Assembly (NCBI GenBank): GCA_963668025.2
Contig: CAXXTH010000010.1
Location: 512,001 to 576,000, forward strand
DNA length: 64,000 nucleotides
Direction: 5' to 3'
Source: Candidatus Hydrogenedentota bacterium
GTDB taxonomy: Bacteria; Hydrogenedentota; Hydrogenedentia; Hydrogenedentales; SLHB01
Shown: positions 19,361 to 29,852 of the stretch, piece after piece
Numbering within the stretch: the stretch's first letter is position 1
Layout: every line of letters starts with the position of its first letter
Notes under the pieces: model-generated
What the model saw: only the letters and a program-made list of their open reading frames with translations
Told to the model about the DNA's origin: nothing
Databases searched by the model: none
Made by a program: the position numbers and the translations under genes

Positions 19361-21049
19361 TCAGCGCAATTCCATAAAGCCGGGCGGCTTGGGCGGGGCG
19401 GGGCGCTGGTTGCCGTATCCGGTTTTCGCTAGGTCATACACGGGGATACGGCGGGCGCGCTCGAGCTCGAGGGCGCGGACATATGCGATGCCTTGTAAAG
19501 GCGATGCAAAGGGCGGCAGGTATTCCGCCTCCAATAAAATACGTCCGAAGGATTGTTTGAACGCACGCACAGGCTGGGCGTTCTCGGGGAGCATGGGCAG
19601 GTCATCGGGATATTCGCCAAAATGCAGACGGGTCGAATCAGCCGCCAGAAAGCGCGGCGGAGTCTCGCCTGTGGCGATTTCCATGTTCAAATCATCCGCT
19701 TCGACGCCTGCTTCCATGGCGTAGCAGGTGAGAAGCGCCGGATACACGCCGCACACCCGCGTCTCACCCTGGCTTTTAACATAGGCCAGGGCCTCGGGAT
19801 AGGCCGAACGGATGGACAAGACTTCCCGGATATTCCATAACGTGGAACACGCGCCCGCCGCAAGCAGCGCAACAAGCACTGCGCGCACGAAGGATTGCCG
19901 TTTCGCATGCGTATGCCAGGCGGCGTCCACGGCTACGGCGAATAGGCCCGCCCAGTACGGAAGCAAGAAAATATAGGGGCGCGCCGCAGGCATGCCTTTC
20001 ACGGCGATGACCCAGTAGGTGGCGAGCAGGCCCGGCAGCAGGTAGCTCCATCGACGATAGGCACCCGGCCCGCGCTGGAAAGCGCCCATTAGGCCGAGAG
20101 CCGCACTTAAGACGCCCAATCCCGCCGCCATTCCCGCCGCGCCCCATCCCTCGAAGCGCCAGAATAGGTAGGGGAAAATCACCAGGCCAGACCAATGTGA
20201 GTGAATCGAGGTGTGGAAGGTGACGCGAGGCCATTGCATCTGTAAAAAGGTGCGGTGCGGATACGTGAGCCCTTGCGAACGGAACAACAGGATGGATGGA
20301 TAGGTCGAGGCTTCCGCAACGGCCACGGCCAGCAAAAATCCAACACCCAGCGCCGTCCACCCTCCCAGGCATAGGCCAATGCACCGCCGCCAGCCGGTTT
20401 CCCGCGCGCACAGCAGCGCATGGGTGATCAACAATCCAGGCAGCACGACCGTCGCTTGATAGGAGGCCCAAAACGCCATGCCCAGGCTGAATCCGCCCGC
20501 CAGCAGCCAGCCATAACTTTTCCGCTCCTCGCTCCATCGCGCGTGGCAGGCCATGGCCATCAGGGCGAAGCAGCCAGGCAGGCATTGGGGATACGAATTG
20601 CGGGATTGATAGACATGGAAACAGGATATTGCCATGATGGCCGCCGCGATGAGCCCGGCGCGCGGCCCCGCGATGCGGCGCATCCAGAAAAAGAAGACCG
20701 CTACACTGAGCAGGCCAAAAGCAGCCTCGGTGGCGTTTCCCGCCCAGGTGGTGAAGCCGGTGAAACACATGATGCCGCCCGCGCAATAGTAGAACAACGT
20801 TTTCGGCCAGAATACGCCATAGGTTTCCAGCGTGGCCGCCATGCGCGGGACATATTCGGACAGCAGAAATTCGCGCCCGCCGAATGCTTCTCCCGCTTTT
20901 CCCATGAAAATGCCCGCCCATCCGCGCAGCTCGTGGCTCTTCGCGAGGGCGTCAAGCAGATAACGTCCTTCGTCAATGGAATACATACCGGTGTGGCGAA
21001 TGGCGTAAAAGCGCAGCGCCGCCGCCACGAGCAAAATGGCCGCGAGCAA
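19361..21049 (-). CDS. GT-C membrane glycosyltransferase (ArnT/PMT-like, GT39/GT83 type)
   Basis: LRFY...SIDEGRY first-loop DE motif, AGLIAAAIMAIS.FHVYQSR, many TM helices; start uncertain. Confidence 0.75.
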   Translation of the reverse strand: MLAAILLVAAALRFYAIRHTGMYSIDEGRYLLDALAKSHELRGWAGIFMGKAGEAFGGREFLLSEYVPRMAATLETYGVFWPKTLFYYCAGGIMCFTGFTTWAGNATEAAFGLLSVAVFFFWMRRIAGPRAGLIAAAIMAISCFHVYQSRNSYPQCLPGCFALMAMACHARWSEERKSYGWLLAGGFSLGMAFWASYQATVVLPGLLITHALLCARETGWRRCIGLCLGGWTALGVGFLLAVAVAEASTYPSILLFRSQGLTYPHRTFLQMQWPRVTFHTSIHSHWSGLVIFPYLFWRFEGWGAAGMAAGLGVLSAALGLMGAFQRGPGAYRRWSYLLPGLLATYWVIAVKGMPAARPYIFLLPYWAGLFAVAVDAAWHTHAKRQSFVRAVLVALLAAGACSTLWNIREVLSIRSAYPEALAYVKSQGETRVCGVYPALLTCYAMEAGVEADDLNMEIATGETPPRFLAADSTRLHFGEYPDDLPMLPENAQPVRAFKQSFGRILLEAEYLPPFASPLQGIAYVRALELERARRIPVYDLAKTGYGNQRPAPPKPPGFMELR

Positions 21050-22070
21050 GCCGACATGCCGCGTGCGACTGGCCGGCGTTTGGGATGGCGCAGCTATGAT
21101 GAACCTCTTTTCGTTTTTGGTGTGCTTGTATATTCATTGTACAGCGTCTTGGCGGATGAAATATAGCTGTAGCGGTGCTCTTTCAGGGCAATCGCATTAA
21201 AAAGACCATGCTTCGGCACTTGACGCCGCCGCCCGACCTTAGCCGAAGTTCTTTCTGCAGTTTTTTGCCTCGCACTGTTCCCATTTCTTTCTCTTCGTAG
21301 TCAAGCTGGGTATGTTTTATCAGTAATATTAGTTAGATATTTATCTAATTATATGATATTTTGCGTCCATGGCTCACCGAAAGGAGAATGGACCCATGAA
21401 CGCGAATCAAAGCCTATTTTTCGTTCACTTTGGACAAATCGATGACCCTCGCCTTGAGCGCAAGAAGCGGCAGAGCCAAGGAACAGTGGCTGCGCACATT
21501 CCTCAAACTCGAAAATGGCATTCCTTCCCACGATACCTTCGGGCGCTTCTTTTCCCTGCTCAACCCCGCGGTCTTCCAGCAGTGTTTCATCAACTGGGTT
21601 CGGGCGCTCCAGCCACAGGTGGAAGGCGTTGTCGCGATTGACGGCAAGACGGCACGCCGCTCGCACGACCAAACCCAAGGCAAGAAGGCCATCCACGTGG
21701 TGAGCGCTTGGGCCACGAGCAATGGGCTGTCCTTGGGGCAGACCAAAGTGAACGATAAGTCCAACGAAATCACCGCTATCCCTGAATTGATCAAGCTCTT
21801 GGAACTGCGAGGCTGTCTGATTACCATCGACGCCATGGGCTGTCAACGGGAAATCGCCCAGACGATTGTCGACGCCGGTGCAGACTACTTGCTGGCGGTC
21901 AAGGGCAATCAGGAAACCCTTGCCGAGGATGTGGAACAGGAGTTCAAAGAGGCAATGGCCCAGGATTTCGCCCACATGGACCACCAGTATTACGAAACCC
22001 TCGAAAAGAACCACGGGCGCACGGAAAAACGCCAGTATTGGCTCACAAAGGATATTGCAGGATTAGGCCC

Positions 22071-23416
22071 CATAAGCGCTAACCTTATTTGATGTCTCCT
22101 GACGAATCTTCTATACTGGGTGCATGGAAGCAGCGTGGAATGAGAATTGGCAGTGTTTACAGCGTTTTCTCCCTGCTGGATGGGAGGACAAGGCTCGTGA
22201 ATTGGGCGCGTGGCACCGCAAGCCTCGTTCTATATCGTCGACGGAATCGCTCCTGCGCTTGCTGTTGATCCATTTGGCGGATGGGTGTTCTCTGCGTGAG
22301 GCTGTCGTTCGTGCTCGAGAAGGGAATGTGGCGTCCGTGTCGGATGTGGCACTTCTTAAGCGGTTGCGTGCTTCGGGGGAATGGCTGCGGTGGATGGCCG
22401 TAGAGATACTTCAACGTCGCGCGGGACCGTGCGTTCGGCCTGCATGGCTGGAGTATTACCGTGTTCGCGTCGTGGATGCGAGCGTTGTCTGCGAACCGGG
22501 AAGCACGGGAACGGACTGGCGCGTTCACTACAGCCTATGTTTATACGGTCTTCAATGCGATGAGTTTCATATTACCGGCCCGAAGGTTGGAGAGAGTTTC
22601 GCGCGATTCCGAGTCTCGCCTGGCGACCTATTGCTCGGAGATCGTGCTTATGGGCATCTCAAAGGTTTTCGTTATGTGCTCGGCCATAACGGGAACTTTC
22701 TGACGCGTCTTAAGAATAAAGCCTTCAGTCTTCGGAATGGCGCAGGGAACACCTGTCCACTGGCTGGATTGGTGGCGTCTCTAGAGGTAGGGGAAGTGGG
22801 TGATTGGGCCCTGATTGGCCAGGCAAAGGGGCAGGAGGAGCTGGCGCTACGGATCTGTGCGCTGCGTTTGAGCGAGGAAGCCGCCGCGCAAAGCATCCGC
22901 CGGGCGAAGAAAGAGCTAAGCAAGAAGCAACGGAGTCTGGATCCCGAAACGCTTGTGCTGCATCGCTACGTCATACTGGCCACATCCTTGCCGGATTCAA
23001 TATCGCCGCACCAGGTTATCGAGTTGTACCGGGCGCGCTGGCAGGTGGAGTTGGCCTTCAAACGGATGAAGTCGATTATGGGATTGGGACACTTGCCAAA
23101 GGAAGACGAGGAGTCGGCCAAGGCTTGGCTCCACGGCAAAATGCTTGTCTCCTGCCTTGCCCAGGCCATTGTTGATGAGGGGCGCTTTTTTTCCCCCTGG
23201 GGATATCCACTGTGACGATATCTACCGCGAGGCCTCCTTGTGGCGCGAACTCTCTTTCGCCTTGCACCTCCTTCGCCAAGCGGTCAATCCGACGCTTGGA
23301 TTATCCGAATGCATCAGCCAGTGGCGGGAAATCGCGAGAGATCTGGCAGAGCCCCCAAGGAAGCGAATGCAACAGTTGCGTGGTTTGATGGAGGCAATAT
23401 AAGGTTAGCGCTTATG
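22071..23416 (+). mobile_element. IS4-family element, IS186/IS421-like
   Basis: Perfect 18-bp TIR cataagcgctaaccttat; 11-bp TSD ggattaggccc (22060-22070, 23417-23427); removing it restores the ISAs1 sequence. Confidence 0.95.
22124..23215 (+). CDS. IS4-family DDE transposase
   Basis: VVDAS, LGDRAY, YRARWQVELAFKRMKS (YREK motif). Confidence 0.93.
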   Translation: MEAAWNENWQCLQRFLPAGWEDKARELGAWHRKPRSISSTESLLRLLLIHLADGCSLREAVVRAREGNVASVSDVALLKRLRASGEWLRWMAVEILQRRAGPCVRPAWLEYYRVRVVDASVVCEPGSTGTDWRVHYSLCLYGLQCDEFHITGPKVGESFARFRVSPGDLLLGDRAYGHLKGFRYVLGHNGNFLTRLKNKAFSLRNGAGNTCPLAGLVASLEVGEVGDWALIGQAKGQEELALRICALRLSEEAAAQSIRRAKKELSKKQRSLDPETLVLHRYVILATSLPDSISPHQVIELYRARWQVELAFKRMKSIMGLGHLPKEDEESAKAWLHGKMLVSCLAQAIVDEGRFFSPWGYPL

Positions 23417-23943
23417 GGATTAGGCCCCCTCGAACGCTGGCCCCAGCTGGCTGCCATGGCCATGTGCCGGGCCACCCGCACCGTCAAAGGCGAAACCTCC
23501 ATCGAAGATCGCTTCTTCATCACCAGCAACACCCATGGCAATGTGGAGAAAATCGCCACGGCCATCCGCGCTCACTGGCAAGTGGAGAATTGCCTGCACT
23601 GGGTGCTCGACGTCGCCTTCGACGAGGACCAATGCCGTATTCGGGCCGGCTATGCCGCTGAAAACCTGGCCACCATACGCCGATTGGCATTGAACGCCCT
23701 CAAAGCCGATAAGACCACAAAGGTCGGCGTAAAGACCAAACGAAAACGAGCCGGCTGGGATACCGACTATCTCTGTAAAACCCTTATGGTAACCTGAGTT
23801 TTAATGCGATTGCCCTGCCGAAGAATGCGCGAAGAATGACAGGCGAGGGGATTTTCATCCACGGATGGCGCTGATGATCGCGGATTTCTAAAAACCGTTG
23901 TGTGGCGCTTACCGTTTGGACGGCGGTGCAGGCCCCACCCTAC

Positions 23944-25765
23944 GAGGCATTTGCGAAATAGCGTGGTTTGCGAACGCGCGGACGGTGCGGGCACACGCGG
24001 AGCGGTTTTCGCCTGTGGCAATGGGATTACGCCTCCGCTACGGGTGCAATAAATCATGCAGGAGGTTCGCGTGTAGGACCCTTGCGGCCCGAATGGGCAT
24101 GGTTTGCCCTTGATTCGGGCCATCATTGCTTGTGCGGATTCGATGTGATCTATGCGGCGCGGGGCTGTCCGAGGAGCGAGCGCATGCGTTCTGCCTGGCC
24201 GGCTTCGAGCCATCCCAGGGCCATGCCGAGCATGACGAGGAGGGCTAATCCGGTGCGGGCGCGCATCTTTTTCATACCGCGGATGTAGTGGCGCTCGAAT
24301 CCGTATGCGCCGTCGAGTCGGCTGTTGACTCGCTCGATGGCGGTGCGGTGTTTGTATTCGCGGCGCCAGGATTTGGCGCTGCGGGGCAGGGGGGTAAAGA
24401 TGCGCCGGTCGATAGCGATGGGCACGCGGACAATCCGTCCGTGTTCGGGCTGGCATCCTTGGTTGCAGAGGTCTTGCTGGGTACAGGCGCTCCCGCGTGC
24501 CTTGGCTGGGCAACGGTATTTCAAGGTTCCCCGATCTTGCTCGAATCCTTGGTAGGCCATGGAATCATAGTTGTCGCGTTCGTTTGGGGCGCCGTTACGA
24601 CACCGGCAGAGGACTTCACCTCGTTCGGTATGGAAGATCGTGTCTACCCGTTCGGGATATAAAGGGCGGGGCCGTTCCGGTTCTTCTTTCCAGGTCGCCC
24701 GGATGTCCACGATGGGCCGGATTTCATGTTCCTCGAAGAGGCCCTTGTTGTTGGCTTCGGAATCATAGCCCTTGTCGGCGCTGAGGTACTCGGCGCGTTG
24801 GACGAGTTCGGGGTGGCGCGCGTCGAGAGCCGCCACGAGGGGCAGCAGAAAGGGCGAGTCGTTGGCGCTGGCTTTCGTGACCGCGTAGCCCAGCGGCAAT
24901 TCGTATTTCGTGTCCACGATGAGGTGCAGCTTGTAGCCGAACCACCGTTTGACCTTCTCCCAGGGCGTGCCGTCCTTGTGAACGCCCTTGTAGGTTTTCG
25001 TGCCCCAGTCTGCGTCGCGGTCGCGCCGCCCGTCCGGCTCTTCGTTTTCCAGGACCGCGTCTTTGCGCGGAGGCTTGGCGTGGGTTTGGATGGCTTTCGA
25101 GTCTACGGCCAGACGCACCCCGAGATCCGGCAAGCGTTCCATCAGCCGGACGATGAGCGCGTCGAACATCCGGTCCACTTCTTTCCAGTGGCGCAGTAAT
25201 CTGGCGAAGAACCGCGTGTACACCCATTCGGGCGGGACCGCCTTGGCGCCCCGCAACACGTCGAATCCGCACAACTGGCGCAATTGCCCGTTTCGGGCTA
25301 GTTCGCGGCGCAGGCTTTCGACGCCGTCGTGCTGGAAGACGATCCCCGCCAGTATGCTGTTCCACATCGCGCGGATAGGATAATCGTCGCGCCGCCCCTT
25401 GCGTTCGGCTTCCATCGCCCGCATCAAATCTTCATCCGGCAGCGCCGCCAGCAACAGGTTCAGCCGATCCAGATCCGACGCCGCGTCGACCTGGTTCCAC
25501 GAGAACAACCCCATTTGGTGTATAATGGCCATCGCAAACGTCTCCTTGGTGTGTGCGTGGTTATGTGGTCAACTATACTACAATCACACACGGGAGACGT
25601 TACGCCTTTTCCCGCTCGCCGAGGGCATTTGGGGTGATTTTTCACAAAAAATCCTTATTCATGCCCCCGCCAAGCCCCTTTCCCCGCATTCTCCGGGGTA
25701 GGCGCCAATTCCGCCGCTTTGTAAACCCTTGTCAATACGGATTTTCTTTATTTCGCAAATGCCTC
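23944..25765 (-). mobile_element. IS1182/IS5-like insertion sequence
   Basis: Perfect 17-bp TIR gaggcatttgcgaaata; 5-bp TSD cctac (23939-23943, 25766-25770). Confidence 0.9.
24150..25532 (-). CDS. DDE transposase (IS5/IS1182-like)
   Basis: GRRDDYP, AVDSK, D.DADWG, WFGYKLH, SADKGYD, YKHRTAIERVNSRL. Confidence 0.9.
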   Translation of the reverse strand: MAIIHQMGLFSWNQVDAASDLDRLNLLLAALPDEDLMRAMEAERKGRRDDYPIRAMWNSILAGIVFQHDGVESLRRELARNGQLRQLCGFDVLRGAKAVPPEWVYTRFFARLLRHWKEVDRMFDALIVRLMERLPDLGVRLAVDSKAIQTHAKPPRKDAVLENEEPDGRRDRDADWGTKTYKGVHKDGTPWEKVKRWFGYKLHLIVDTKYELPLGYAVTKASANDSPFLLPLVAALDARHPELVQRAEYLSADKGYDSEANNKGLFEEHEIRPIVDIRATWKEEPERPRPLYPERVDTIFHTERGEVLCRCRNGAPNERDNYDSMAYQGFEQDRGTLKYRCPAKARGSACTQQDLCNQGCQPEHGRIVRVPIAIDRRIFTPLPRSAKSWRREYKHRTAIERVNSRLDGAYGFERHYIRGMKKMRARTGLALLVMLGMALGWLEAGQAERMRSLLGQPRAA

Positions 25766-25881
25766 CCTACATGCTTCAGTGTATTTCGAAGTCGAAAAAA
25801 ACCGTGGTGAATACCCGGAAGGATTCACCACGGAGATATAAAGACCACGAGGGGGACATTCCCGCTCCACTATGCCTGCAA

Positions 25882-26346
25882 TCAAGCCTCTGACGTAACG
25901 CGGTTCTTGAGCTTGTTAAACAGTTGAAGCGACAAGATTAATAAAACCACTACGGCGATGAAGAGAAGAAAACTAATACATGTGACCCAGCACAACCCCC
26001 AATAACAAGCCGTGACAATGCAATACGCCATGGCAAGCCGCTCTCCGCAATCTCCCACATCCGGCTCGCCTTTTTCGGCAAAATAGGCTTGATATGATTT
26101 TGCAACTTTGGGAAACACAAAGAAATTCCAAACCGCACTGAAAACGGGTATAAGCAACAGCCATATGAGATTGATATCCGCCTGCCGATACCTTTCAGGT
26201 AAGCTCTTGAGATCGGCTTGCAAGAATAGAATTGCTGCAAGCGAGATGCAGGTAATTATAAGCAGCTTTATTCCCCATGCAATTAAACTAATCAAAACCG
26301 CATTAGCCGCAACCATCGCCGCAACATTCGCTCCATTCGCTTCCAT
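25882..26346 (-). CDS. Hypothetical membrane protein
   Basis: 3-4 hydrophobic segments, IWLLLIP.F..VW motif, GGAG RBS. Confidence 0.7.
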   Translation of the reverse strand: MEANGANVAAMVAANAVLISLIAWGIKLLIITCISLAAILFLQADLKSLPERYRQADINLIWLLLIPVFSAVWNFFVFPKVAKSYQAYFAEKGEPDVGDCGERLAMAYCIVTACYWGLCWVTCISFLLFIAVVVLLILSLQLFNKLKNRVTSEA

Positions 26347-26431
26347 GTTTCCATCTCCTTCCGTTCACCTTCCCCTGAACACTACGGCTGAGTATAGTGC
26401 TAAATGATTAGTAAGTAAACGCCTGATTCTG

Positions 26432-26535
26432 CGAAAGATCCCCCAAAATTCGACAAGGACACTTCTATAGACGGGTAACTCTATTCAATACCATTAGTTG
26501 CAGTTATAAACCCCCATTTCTTGGGGAAACTCCTG
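26432..26535 (-). mobile_element. 104-bp MITE-like copy of the left end of the IS4-like element at 62086
   Basis: Near-identical to the reverse complement of 62086-62189; its inner end is an imperfect copy of the TIR. Confidence 0.8.
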
Positions 26536-26639
26536 CTCCTGCACCAGGGGGCATGCGTCAGAAAAAGGGGAAATAGAGTATAGGAGTTTGTTTTTGGCGG
26601 GAGATGTAGTAATATATACTACATAAGGAGGATTTTCCC

Positions 26640-27020
26640 ATGAATTCAAGCACCCTGAATCCACGCCAAAACCAAATTCTCGTCGAACTGAGTCAAATCC
26701 CCATGATGAAAAAAGGTTCCGTTACGCAACAGTGCATGAAGATTCAGCATCCATCGAAAGGCGAAACCGTCCGCGGGCCATATCCGCTGCTGACGTGGAA
26801 GGAAGCGGGCCAGACGCGCAGTCTCCGCCTTAAGACCAAAGAAGAATTGGCATGGGCCGAACAAGCCATCAGCAATTACAAAAGGTTTGCCGCTTTATGC
26901 CAGGAGTATGAGCATCTCGCGGAATTGCGCGCCTTTGATGAACGCCAGATGCCTGGGAGCGCATCCCCGGAAGCGCAAAAAAAAACGCGGAAATCGCCGA
27001 GGAGCAATCCACCGAAGTAG
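26640..27020 (+). CDS. Small IS ORF (DUF6788-like), probable -1 frameshift N-terminus of the transposase
   Basis: M.KGS...GPY.LLTWK..G.T.S motif; A9 run at 26977-26985 joins into the transposase frame. Confidence 0.75.
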   Translation: MNSSTLNPRQNQILVELSQIPMMKKGSVTQQCMKIQHPSKGETVRGPYPLLTWKEAGQTRSLRLKTKEELAWAEQAISNYKRFAALCQEYEHLAELRAFDERQMPGSASPEAQKKTRKSPRSNPPK

Positions 27021-28161
27021 CGCGGGTGCTGGATATGGCGCTACGGCGTTCCGAGCATGATCTGGAAGCCTTGGAGAGTGCCGTGCGGGACGCGGTCCTT
27101 GCGCAAGGCGCGGCCATGCTGGGCAAGTTCATGTCCGCCGTGGACGCGGCCAAGCCCGATACGCCGCACGTGTGCCCCAAATGCCGCCGCGCCATGCACT
27201 GCAACGGACCACGCGCCAAAAAAATACTCACCTTGCTGGGCGAAGTGGAGTATTCCCGCTCCATGTATCAATGTCCCGCATGCGGCCAAACGCGCTATCC
27301 CAGCGACGAGGCCTTGGACATCCAAGGCGCTTCCCGCTCTCCCGGAGTCCGCCGCCAAACGGCCCGCCTGGGCTCCAAGGAAACCTTCCAGGAAGTGGCC
27401 GAGGATTTGCTGGAGCTGGCGGGCATACGCCTTTCACGCAAGGATGCGGAACGAATCTCCGAAAGCATCGGCTCGGACATCGAGGCGCGGGACTGCCGGG
27501 AACGGGAACGCATGCGCTTCCAGCCTCCCCCGGCCTTGGACACGCCCAAGACCATCGAGACGTTGTACATCGAGATGGACGGCACGGGTATTCCCATGGT
27601 TCCTTGGGAACTCGAAGGGCGCAAAGGCAAGCAGGAAGACGGCAAATCCAAAACTCGAGAGGTGAAGCTCGGCTGCGTGTTCACCCTAGCCACATGCGAT
27701 GAAGAAGGCCGCCCCATCCGCGATCCCGCCTCCACCACCTTTACTGGAGCCATCGAGGACGCCGCCACATTCGGGTGGCGCATGTATGGAACTGCCTTTA
27801 GACGAGGCCTATTCAACGCCAAGCGCGTGGTGGTGCTCGCAGATGGAGCCGAATGGATCAAAAACCTCGCCGACACCCATTTCCCGATGGCCCTGCGCAT
27901 CGTGGACTTCTATCACGCCAAAGAACACGTGGCCAACTTATGCAAGGCCCTCTTCCGAAAACCGGAAGACATCGGACGCCACCGTGAAGCCTGGTGGGAC
28001 TGGCTTGCCCAAGGCCGCATCGAAGCCATCCTCGAAAACGCCGCCCTGTATCTCCCCCGAGATACTGATGCCGCCAAAGACGCCCAAAGAGAACTGAACT
28101 ACCTCGATAAAAACAAAGAACACCTGCGCTACCAAAAATTCCGGGAACAAGGACTATTCAT

Positions 28162-29852
28162 CCTAAAAACGCCAGTTGAATCTTGAGTGTCGAGCAGGAA
28201 GTAGTTCAAGATAAAGAACATGGAAACAGAATCGCAACAGCAAGATGCTCCCCCATTGGGAGAGGAGGAATGGTTGTCTTTGGAGGCGCCGATTTTCGTA
28301 GATAGCTACGGGGGCCGGGTGCATGTGGAATGGGACCGGGAGGCGGCAACGACGCCGTTTGGCCAGTTGGCGTTCTTTATCGATTTCCTCAAGACGGCGG
28401 AGCTTTTTGAAGCGTGGGTGGAGGACTGTCCGCTGGCGTACGCCAGCAATAATGCGCCGCGCAAGAGGGATGTGCTGGGCACGCTATTTTTATCAGTGCT
28501 GGCGGGCCACACCCGCTATGCGCACATTGACGCGGTCCGTTACGACGCGGTGAACCCGGGCTTGCTGGGTATGAGCAAGATCATGAGCGCCTCCTCGGCG
28601 CGGCGGGCATTTATACTGGCGGACGGGGAAGCCTGCGCGGGCTGGCTACAGAAGCACCTGCGCCGCTGTTATGAGCCGTTGCTTTATGAGCCTTGGATTT
28701 TGGACGTGGATACAAGCGTGAAGCCCCTGTTCGGCCATCAAGAAGGGGCCGTGCTGGGCTACAATCCGGCGAAACAGGGCCGTCCTTCTCATGTGCTGCA
28801 TACCTATTTTATGGCGAACACGCGCTTGGTGCTGGACGTGGAAGTCCGGCCGGGCAACGAGACGGCGGCGAAATACACCATGCCTGGATTGTGGCATTTT
28901 CTCGATGGCTTGCCGCGCGCGGCCTGGCCGGGCATGATTCGCGGCGACTGCGCCTTCGGCAACGAACGCGACATGAGCGAAGCCGAAGCGCGCGGAGTGC
29001 CCTATCTGTTCAAATTGCGGCAGACCAGCAACGTGAAACGGCTTATCCAGCAGGCCTTTTGTTCTAAGGACTGGACGCCAGCAGGCCAAGGCTGGGAAGG
29101 TTTGGAAGACCGTCTGGAGCTTATGGGATGGACGAGCAAACGCCGGATAATCGTTCTGCGGCGCAAGCTCAAAGGGAGTATCGTTCTGGAAACGGAGCCG
29201 CTATTGCCTGACCCCTCCCCCCAACTACAGCTCATTGAGATCCAAGCGGGAGCCGTGCAGCAGTATGAATACGCGCTGCTGGCCACTTCGCTGACAGACC
29301 CCCTATCGGCCTTGGCCCAGCATTATCGCGACCGGGGCGATGCGGAAAACATCTACGATGAACAGAAAAACCAGTGGGGGTGGGGCGGGTATACCACCCA
29401 CGATATGAAGCGCTGCCAAATCATGGCGCGAATCATAGCCCTGATTTACAATTGGTGGTCTTTGTACGTGCGCTTGGCCATTCCGGAGCGCCACGCCGAA
29501 GCGATCACAAGCCGCCCTCTGCTGCTGTATGGTGTGGGACAGCAGACCCGCCACGGAGGCCAAACCACGCTCACCATCACCCCCGTGCATGCGCAAGGAC
29601 ATGCTATGGAACAAGTTCTGAAATCCGTAAACGCCTTTTTATTGGAGGTGAAAGCAACTGCGCGGCAGTTGAACTGGAACGAACGATGGCGGACGATCCT
29701 CAGCCGGATCTTCGCCAAAATACTCGAGGGAAGGCCGCTGGCCACCCCCAACCTGCTGTCGGCGCCAACGTAAAGAGCGGGCCAGGACAGTTATTTCTTT
29801 ACAAAATTGGGCCGGAAAAATCCCAAAGCAAGCTCTTACTGCCTTTTTTAGG
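28162..29852 (+). mobile_element. IS1380-like insertion sequence
   Basis: Ends cctaaaaa... / ...ttttttagg; 5-bp TSD ttcat (28157-28161, 29853-29857). Confidence 0.88.
28220..29773 (+). CDS. IS1380-like DDE transposase
   Basis: ILDVDTS, GHQEGA..GYNP, RPGN, RGDCAFG, YRDRGDAENIYDE.K. Confidence 0.9.
   Translation: METESQQQDAPPLGEEEWLSLEAPIFVDSYGGRVHVEWDREAATTPFGQLAFFIDFLKTAELFEAWVEDCPLAYASNNAPRKRDVLGTLFLSVLAGHTRYAHIDAVRYDAVNPGLLGMSKIMSASSARRAFILADGEACAGWLQKHLRRCYEPLLYEPWILDVDTSVKPLFGHQEGAVLGYNPAKQGRPSHVLHTYFMANTRLVLDVEVRPGNETAAKYTMPGLWHFLDGLPRAAWPGMIRGDCAFGNERDMSEAEARGVPYLFKLRQTSNVKRLIQQAFCSKDWTPAGQGWEGLEDRLELMGWTSKRRIIVLRRKLKGSIVLETEPLLPDPSPQLQLIEIQAGAVQQYEYALLATSLTDPLSALAQHYRDRGDAENIYDEQKNQWGWGGYTTHDMKRCQIMARIIALIYNWWSLYVRLAIPERHAEAITSRPLLLYGVGQQTRHGGQTTLTITPVHAQGHAMEQVLKSVNAFLLEVKATARQLNWNERWRTILSRIFAKILEGRPLATPNLLSAPT

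Larger units (their letters stand above)
21397..23797 (+). pseudogene. ISAs1 transposase pseudogene (83-bp deletion plus IS insertion)
   Basis: Compared with the intact copy at 42009-43136. Confidence 0.9.
21184..23817 (+). mobile_element. ISAs1-family element (type a), inactivated, carrying a nested IS4 element
   Basis: 19-bp TIRs cagggcaatcgcattaaaa / ttttaatgcgattgccctg; transposase pieces GIPSHDTF, IDGK, KSNEITAIP, HWQVEN.LHW. Confidence 0.93.

Noticed and set aside
19776-20921. 381-aa alternate-frame ORF
   Set aside because: Arg/Gly/Pro-rich off-frame reading of the glycosyltransferase.
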